From Verrucomicrobiia bacterium (GTDB taxonomy: Bacteria; Verrucomicrobiota; Verrucomicrobiia; Limisphaerales; UBA1319), in assembly GCA_963664225.1 (NCBI GenBank), contig OY760937.1, positions 2,144,001 to 2,208,000 of the forward strand: a stretch of DNA of 64,000 nt, given 5' to 3'. Positions 58,346-64,000 of this stretch are shown in pieces; within the stretch, counting starts at the first letter, position 1, and each line of letters starts with the position of its first letter. Both the position numbers and the translations under genes were made by a program. The notes under the pieces were generated by a model that searched no databases, was not told the origin of the DNA, and saw only the letters and a program-made list of their open reading frames with translations.

Positions 58346-59224
58346 TCACTTTTCCGTCCCCACCGCCTCCACCCATATCGCATCGTTCATGTAAGCCCGG
58401 GCGTAGGCGTAAGGCATGAAACCATCGCGGCCGCCATTATTGGTGTTCCGAAAGATCAATACCCCGCCGCCGGGTTGGCTGGCATCCTCGCGATAGCCCA
58501 CGATCAACACGCTGTGGCCGTCGAACACCCCCTCCGGAGGGCACATGCCAAGAACGTCGTCAGTCCACTGAACCTGTTTGGGCCAGCGAAAGCCGCCGCA
58601 GACCGGCCAGCCTTCTTTGAGCGTGCGTTTGATCTCCAGGAACTCCGCATCGGTCAGCCCGGTCTTCACATTCCATTCCTTGATCCAGTGGTGTCGCAGG
58701 CCGAGCGCCGATTGCGCCTTCGCTTCGGTCAATAGATCCGTTGTTGGTGCGAAGGCCGCATCGAACTTGTCACGATAGGGCAGCGATTTCTCCAGGCAGA
58801 TGCCATATTTGGCATAAGCGCTCCAGAGGTCGGAGAAGAATCCGCCGTCCTGATCCTCGCCCACGATCCGGTTCGCGCCCCAGTTCAGGAACTCCACGCT
58901 GAAACGCTCGCCCTGATGCCGTTTGCTCGCGGCGGCATACTCCAGCGCGCCCGTCATCGTAAAGACCGAACACGTCCCGCGCCCGCCCTGATTGCGCCGG
59001 GCAAGTCCCCATTCCTCGAAATGGGAACGCAAGTCCACAGTATCCGGCAGTGCCGCCGCGCCGTTCGTGGAGGCGGCATTCGTGGTGACAGGTGGATCGT
59101 CCGCCCCTGCCTGGAACGTGAAGAGGCCGGGACAAATCAGGGCGACCGCGATAAGGCGGATCGCCCGTTGAATCACCACGCGCCGCCATGCGGGGCGCAG
59201 CGAACATTGCAGGAATAGTCGCAT
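58346..59224 (-). CDS. Secreted papain-like (C1) cysteine peptidase
   Basis: LPDTVDLR, NQGGRGTC, GHSVLIVGY, RNT. Confidence 0.88.
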   Translation of the reverse strand: MRLFLQCSLRPAWRRVVIQRAIRLIAVALICPGLFTFQAGADDPPVTTNAASTNGAAALPDTVDLRSHFEEWGLARRNQGGRGTCSVFTMTGALEYAAASKRHQGERFSVEFLNWGANRIVGEDQDGGFFSDLWSAYAKYGICLEKSLPYRDKFDAAFAPTTDLLTEAKAQSALGLRHHWIKEWNVKTGLTDAEFLEIKRTLKEGWPVCGGFRWPKQVQWTDDVLGMCPPEGVFDGHSVLIVGYREDASQPGGGVLIFRNTNNGGRDGFMPYAYARAYMNDAIWVEAVGTEK

Positions 59225-59231
59225 TTAATTC

Positions 59232-60866
59232 TCAGTTAAAGAGCTTCGGATCCTTGCGCCAGTCGTTGTCCTTGTCGAATCCATATTGCGTCACGCGCGG
59301 ACGCCGCTCCCGCAGACGAACGGACTCGATCCCGAGATAGTTGCCCGTGGATTGCGGGTTCCGGCCCACGCATTCCAGGCGCAGGGTGTATTGGCCGGGC
59401 TCGGGCCAGAAATCGAGCAGGTGCGCTTCCTCGTCAACAACCTTGGCGCTGTAGAGGTCGATCGTCTGTCCCAGTTTCACGCCATTCAGGGACGCCTGGT
59501 ATTGGCCAAAGTCAGGCGCCTTCGCCAGATTCAGCAGCAAGCGCAGGGGCTCCTTTTTCTTCACCTCAAACGGAATCTCGAGCCAGCCGCCCTTGTCCTC
59601 TTTGGGCTTGTAGAGAAGCTGGGGTCCATCGAAAAATTCGAGTGACTGGGGCGTGACCTCGCCGGGGCCATGGTAACGGCTGTCGGCAAACTCCCGCGCG
59701 TAAGCCGTGATGCGTTCCAGGCTGGGCAGCTTGCGTTCTTTGGCGTGCGGCGCGCGGGCGGTGAAGGTCGGCTGACCGGTCTGATACCAAAACGCCACGC
59801 TGGAATAATCATCCTCGCGCTCGTTCCAACTGGTTGTTTTGTGCGCGGGATTTTCATCCGGCGAAATCCAGCCGAAATGCTCGAACGTGACTTTGATCCC
59901 CTTGTTGAAAACCAGCGGATCGTTCAGGTGCCACCGGTAGGCGCTCGTGTGCCCGCCCACAATGCCCCATTGGTCGAAATACGGCACCCCCGCATACGGC
60001 GTGCTCGTGACTTTCAGGCCCCAGGCGGAGAGGAAATAATCTTCCGTGCCCGTGCCCCAGATGGACGCCTTGGCCTCGCCATCGATGTAAATCTTCTCGT
60101 CGCCCTCGCCGAACCAGGCTGGGCTCCGGGTGCGGACGGCGAGAACCGTGCCGACGTAATGGCCTTTGCCCTTGGTATCCAGAACCACGTAATCCTTGCC
60201 GTGCTCAGTGGGATACTCCTGCCTGTATTGCGCGTAGAAGTAAGGAGTGTCCTTTGCGAGCTTCTCCTTCTTGATCCAATCGACGTTGTAATAGAGCAGG
60301 CTGATCTGCTTGTCGCTCTGGTTCACGATCTCGATCCGCGCCGATTTTCGAAACGGCATCTGCCAGAAACAATTGTAGGAATCCGCGTCCTCCACCACCA
60401 CCGGCAGGCTGATCACCTCACGGCGCGCGCCAAAGCAATTCGCGAAAAAGTCGCCCAACGGAACCTCCACCGCTGGCCGGGGATTCCCGTCCCAATACAT
60501 GCGCAGCAGCATTTCCTGGTGATTCGCCGAACCTTCCTTGGCCCAGTCCTGCGGCTCCGGCCCCAGGAACGTGATCCAGATGTGCGTGATCACTCCGGGC
60601 CCTTTCTCATCCAGCAGCACATGCGTCTTTCCGGGCGCCACGCGGTAATTGTCCCAGTTGCTTTGCTCATCGAGATCGCCGCGCGGCTCGGCCTTGGGAT
60701 CGAGCTTTTGTTCGCCCCCGCGCCGCGTCTCGCCCACACGCATGGTTGAGGAAGTGCGCATCGAGCGGCCCTCCTGGGGTTTGGCCAGATCGTCCAGCAG
60801 GCCCGCGCGCGCCGTCGTGGCGCAAATCATTCCCAGGGCCAATGCGAATAGGAGATTTCGTTTCAT
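59232..60866 (-). CDS. DUF2961 / GH172-like glycoside hydrolase
   Basis: GPGVITHIWIT, MPFRKSA, WFGEGDE, GTGTEDYF; C-terminal CBM-like domain. Confidence 0.9.
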   Translation of the reverse strand: MKRNLLFALALGMICATTARAGLLDDLAKPQEGRSMRTSSTMRVGETRRGGEQKLDPKAEPRGDLDEQSNWDNYRVAPGKTHVLLDEKGPGVITHIWITFLGPEPQDWAKEGSANHQEMLLRMYWDGNPRPAVEVPLGDFFANCFGARREVISLPVVVEDADSYNCFWQMPFRKSARIEIVNQSDKQISLLYYNVDWIKKEKLAKDTPYFYAQYRQEYPTEHGKDYVVLDTKGKGHYVGTVLAVRTRSPAWFGEGDEKIYIDGEAKASIWGTGTEDYFLSAWGLKVTSTPYAGVPYFDQWGIVGGHTSAYRWHLNDPLVFNKGIKVTFEHFGWISPDENPAHKTTSWNEREDDYSSVAFWYQTGQPTFTARAPHAKERKLPSLERITAYAREFADSRYHGPGEVTPQSLEFFDGPQLLYKPKEDKGGWLEIPFEVKKKEPLRLLLNLAKAPDFGQYQASLNGVKLGQTIDLYSAKVVDEEAHLLDFWPEPGQYTLRLECVGRNPQSTGNYLGIESVRLRERRPRVTQYGFDKDNDWRKDPKLFN

Positions 60867-61069
60867 AAAGTTCGAAGGATATCTTTCGATACAACGCCCG
60901 CATTATATATCGAGGCATGCATTAATCTCAGCCCTTTGCGCGTGTCGTATGGTTTGAACGTGGTCATGGCAACAATATGTGGACCCTCCGATTCTGCGCT
61001 TCATAAACCGCGTTGGCAATGTGGGAAATGACTTTGACAACGGCCGAATCCGTAGCCAACACTCCCCGC

Positions 61070-62827
61070 ATGAACCCGATCATCGCATCCTTGAACCTCT
61101 TGCCCATGCTCGTTGTCTGTGCCCTCTTCGGCCCCGTGCAGGCCCATGCGGCCACCTACATCGTGGACCAGGCGGCGCCGGGAGCTGCGGACACCAATGC
61201 TGGCACCGAGGCAAACCCCTTCAAGACCGTTCAGCATGCGGCGGACCTGGTCAAACCCGGCGACACCGTCTTTGTCATGCCGGGCCGCTACGATGAGCGC
61301 GTCAAAATCCGCACCGGCGGCACGGAGGGCCTGCCGATCACGCTGCGGGCAATGCCGCGGCGCTCCGCGGTGGTGGGCGGGTTCGACCTTCAGGCCGGTT
61401 ATATCCGCGTCGAGGGCTTCGAGATCACCGCCGCAAAACCCTCCGTCGCGGTCCAGTTGGACGGCAGCCATTGCGAGGTGCTGGACAACTATATCCACGA
61501 CATGATGGTGGGGGTCAACGGCACGAGCGGCAAACCAAATCCCGACGGCAACACGCGGGATTACTCGGCGGTGGAGCATAACCGGATCGCCTTCAACAAG
61601 GTCTATCACAGCGAGTATGGTTTCGTCATGGGCGGGAACGACTGGCTGCTGGAGAACAACGAGGTGGAACGCCTCTTCATGTTCGCCACGGGCAATAAAT
61701 ACGACGATTGCGATTACTCGCGGTTCTTCGGCAGGGGCTGCGTGGAGCGTTACAACTACTATCACGGCAGCACTTCCTCGGAGATTCGCGTGGCCCATGT
61801 CGATTGCCTCCAGACCTTCACCGCCAATGGCGAGATCGCGCAGGACCTGGTGTTCGAGAACAACACCTGCTTCGACTTCCACCAGATGTGCATGGTGGAA
61901 AGCGCCCCGCACATCGGCAGCGTCCGGGGCTGGACCTTCCGGGGCAACATCGTTTCGGCCAATTCTCCGACCATGAGCGGCGGCTGGGGACCGGACATCA
62001 TTCAGACGCCGGACGTGACAATTGCCAACAACACCATCTCCACCGTGCGCTGGGCTGCCATCGGCCTGCGCGGCAAAGAATCGACCAACGGCCGGATCTT
62101 TAACAATATCCTCTGCAACGCGGAACGCGCCGTCATTCACGGCGACAGCGATTTCTCTGCGGCCAATCCGGTGATGGAAGACAACCTCACGTTTTCCACC
62201 TGGGCGATTCCCGGCGCGAACAATATCAACGGCAAAGACCCGCTCCTCGTGGATCCCGCCAAACGTAATTTCCGTCTGCAGCAGGGCAGCCCCGCCATCG
62301 GCGCGGGCAAGGACGGCGTGACCATCGGGGCTCTGGAGTATCCGAACGTTTACTACGTTGATCCGCGTCATCCAGCCGCCACCGACGAGCCCGCGTGGGG
62401 CTATCCCGCCGTGCCGTTGGCAACTCTCGCCAAGGCCTGCGCGGTCGCGAAACCTGGCGAAACGATCCTTCTGCGCGGCGGCGTGTATCGCGAGACGCTG
62501 CGTCCCCAGTGCGATGGCGTGACATTCCGCGCGATGAAAGGTGAGAAGGTTAGCATCAGTGGCGCGGACGTGATCGAGGGTTGGAAACGTGCCGATGATG
62601 GAAGCTGGTCCGCGTCTCTGGAATCCGAACCAACAAAGCCTCTCCGCGATTGTCAGGCGTGGACCGAATTTACTTATGACAAGGCCGCCCGGCGAATTGT
62701 TGTGAAAGACGGCGATCCCAGGCTGCACCGCTTCGAGACCCTCGTCCGCGATCAGGGAGTCGAACTTGGCGACAGGAAGAACGTGAAGATCGAGGGCATC
62801 GCCGTGGAGAACACCTTGAATAAGTAG
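61070..62827 (+). CDS. Secreted right-handed beta-helix (DUF1565-type) protein
   Basis: GTEANPFKTVQHA..PGDTV..PGRY, beta-helix repeats, SPAIGAG, second PGETILLRGGVYRE module. Confidence 0.85.
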   Translation: MNPIIASLNLLPMLVVCALFGPVQAHAATYIVDQAAPGAADTNAGTEANPFKTVQHAADLVKPGDTVFVMPGRYDERVKIRTGGTEGLPITLRAMPRRSAVVGGFDLQAGYIRVEGFEITAAKPSVAVQLDGSHCEVLDNYIHDMMVGVNGTSGKPNPDGNTRDYSAVEHNRIAFNKVYHSEYGFVMGGNDWLLENNEVERLFMFATGNKYDDCDYSRFFGRGCVERYNYYHGSTSSEIRVAHVDCLQTFTANGEIAQDLVFENNTCFDFHQMCMVESAPHIGSVRGWTFRGNIVSANSPTMSGGWGPDIIQTPDVTIANNTISTVRWAAIGLRGKESTNGRIFNNILCNAERAVIHGDSDFSAANPVMEDNLTFSTWAIPGANNINGKDPLLVDPAKRNFRLQQGSPAIGAGKDGVTIGALEYPNVYYVDPRHPAATDEPAWGYPAVPLATLAKACAVAKPGETILLRGGVYRETLRPQCDGVTFRAMKGEKVSISGADVIEGWKRADDGSWSASLESEPTKPLRDCQAWTEFTYDKAARRIVVKDGDPRLHRFETLVRDQGVELGDRKNVKIEGIAVENTLNK

Positions 62828-62854
62828 TCAGAGCCGGAAGCTGAAAGAACCTGC

Positions 62855-63165
62855 CATAGACATGCCGATCCGCTGGGGCTTTGAATTCGACGGGCCTTGG
62901 GCGCTATAAACATCCCGAGCCCCGGCGCTTCTGATGTTGGACTTGGAGATGAACACGCTTCGGATGGGGGACTTGGAGGTGGAAGCGTGTGCGACATGGA
63001 AATGGGCGTGCGCCAGAAGCTCCGTAGGAGCGCCATGTTTATAGAAACGAGACCGCCAAAAGTGACAAGCTCCGTAGGAGCGGCATGATAACGACGACCA
63101 ACACATCGTGGCGGATGATTAATGCGTGTGTTGAGAACATGCCGCCCCTCCGGCGCTGGGGATGG
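62855..63165. repeat. REP-like palindrome cluster upstream of the Y1 transposase
   Basis: AAGCTCCGTAGGAGCG at 63017 and 63067; related CATGCCG..C..C.GG.GCT units in opposite orientation. Confidence 0.8.
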
Positions 63166-63270
63166 GGGATTTGCGCGCCCCAGTTGCCTCATCGGTGGCA
63201 CTTGAAAAAACGGCGAAATCTCAGACAATTCTCAGACTGATTGCAAGGTGCCTGATACACAATTATGTTT

Positions 63271-63732
63271 ATGGCCAATACCTACACCCAAATTTACATT
63301 CATGTTGTTTTCTCCGTGCAAGGTCGCCAAAATCTCATTTGTTCCGAACGAAAAGAGGAACTTCATAAATACATCAGTGGCATCGTCACGCGACAAGGGC
63401 AGAAACTTCTGGCGATTCATTGCATGCCTGACCACGCGCACATCCTCATTGGCCTCAAACCGAACATGTCGATTTCAGACCTAGTGGGCGACATCAAGGC
63501 TGGGTCAACGAACCATATCAACGAAAATCATTGGATGATGGGGCGGTTTTCGTGGCAGGAAGGATATGGTGCGTTTTCATATTCACATTCTCAATTGACG
63601 GATGTAATCCAATACATAATGCATCAAGTGGAACATCACACAAGAAAGGGATTTTGCGCAGAATACCGGGAATTCCTGGATAAGTTCCAAGTTCCCTATG
63701 AGGAGCGATATTTATTTGTGCCCGTCGAATAG
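63271..63732 (+). CDS. tnpA: IS200/IS605-family Y1 transposase (RAYT-like)
   Basis: YIHVVFS, MPDHAHIL (HUH), FSWQEGYGAFS, YIxxQxxHH. Confidence 0.93.
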   Translation: MANTYTQIYIHVVFSVQGRQNLICSERKEELHKYISGIVTRQGQKLLAIHCMPDHAHILIGLKPNMSISDLVGDIKAGSTNHINENHWMMGRFSWQEGYGAFSYSHSQLTDVIQYIMHQVEHHTRKGFCAEYREFLDKFQVPYEERYLFVPVE

Positions 63733-63759
63733 AGTGACATGAGGATGAACACGCACCAA

Positions 63760-64000
63760 AAGCTCCGTAGGAGCGCCATGTTTATAGAAACCGGACCGGT
63801 AAGAGTCCCAAGCTCCGTAGGAGCGGCATGATAACGATGGCCCGCCCCGCGCGACCGATGATCGACATCCACATTGAGAATGTGCCGCCCCGCTGGGGCT
63901 TGGAAATCGGTGGGGGGCTTGCGTTGCTATAAACATGCCGCGCCTCCGGCGCTTCGGAATGGGACTTTGAGATGATCGCACGCGGGACTTGGAGATGGAA
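63760..64000. repeat. REP-like palindrome cluster downstream of the Y1 transposase
   Basis: AAGCTCCGTAGGAGCG at 63760 and 63810, plus inverted related units around 63880-63955. Confidence 0.8.

Noticed and set aside
63017..63837. CRISPR array
   Set aside because: Only two doublets, split by a transposase gene; repeats are non-identical and there are no cas genes.

Overview
High-GC bacterial DNA, most likely Verrucomicrobiota (inferred from a VPDSG-CTERM protein and the gene repertoire). In order, the window holds: a Mu-like packaging cluster running off the left edge; a CBS protein; a beta-helix enzyme; PIN-PhoH; a complete kdpFABCDE locus with an extra unannotated micro-ORF; a P-type ATPase cluster; a sigma54 activator with an outward-facing sigma54 promoter on each side (left operon trx...lpxR...patatin-glgP-pfkA, right operon emrAB-OMF-dedA) near tRNA-Gly; an ABC exporter; a Xre-RES toxin-antitoxin pair; a two-component system; secreted enzymes; and an IS200/RAYT-type transposase with REP-like repeats. 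The standout is a nested mobile system. A 164-bp whole-length hairpin MITE with TTA target-site duplications occurs three times. Two copies carry an apparently identical 1,975-nt endonuclease-less group II intron inserted exactly at the MITE-end/TSD junction, at opposite MITE ends. The intron's predicted EBS1 and EBS2 are complementary to the MITE terminal repeat, and the empty third copy has a point change inside IBS1. All calls come from reading motifs by eye; no database searches or folding programs were run.
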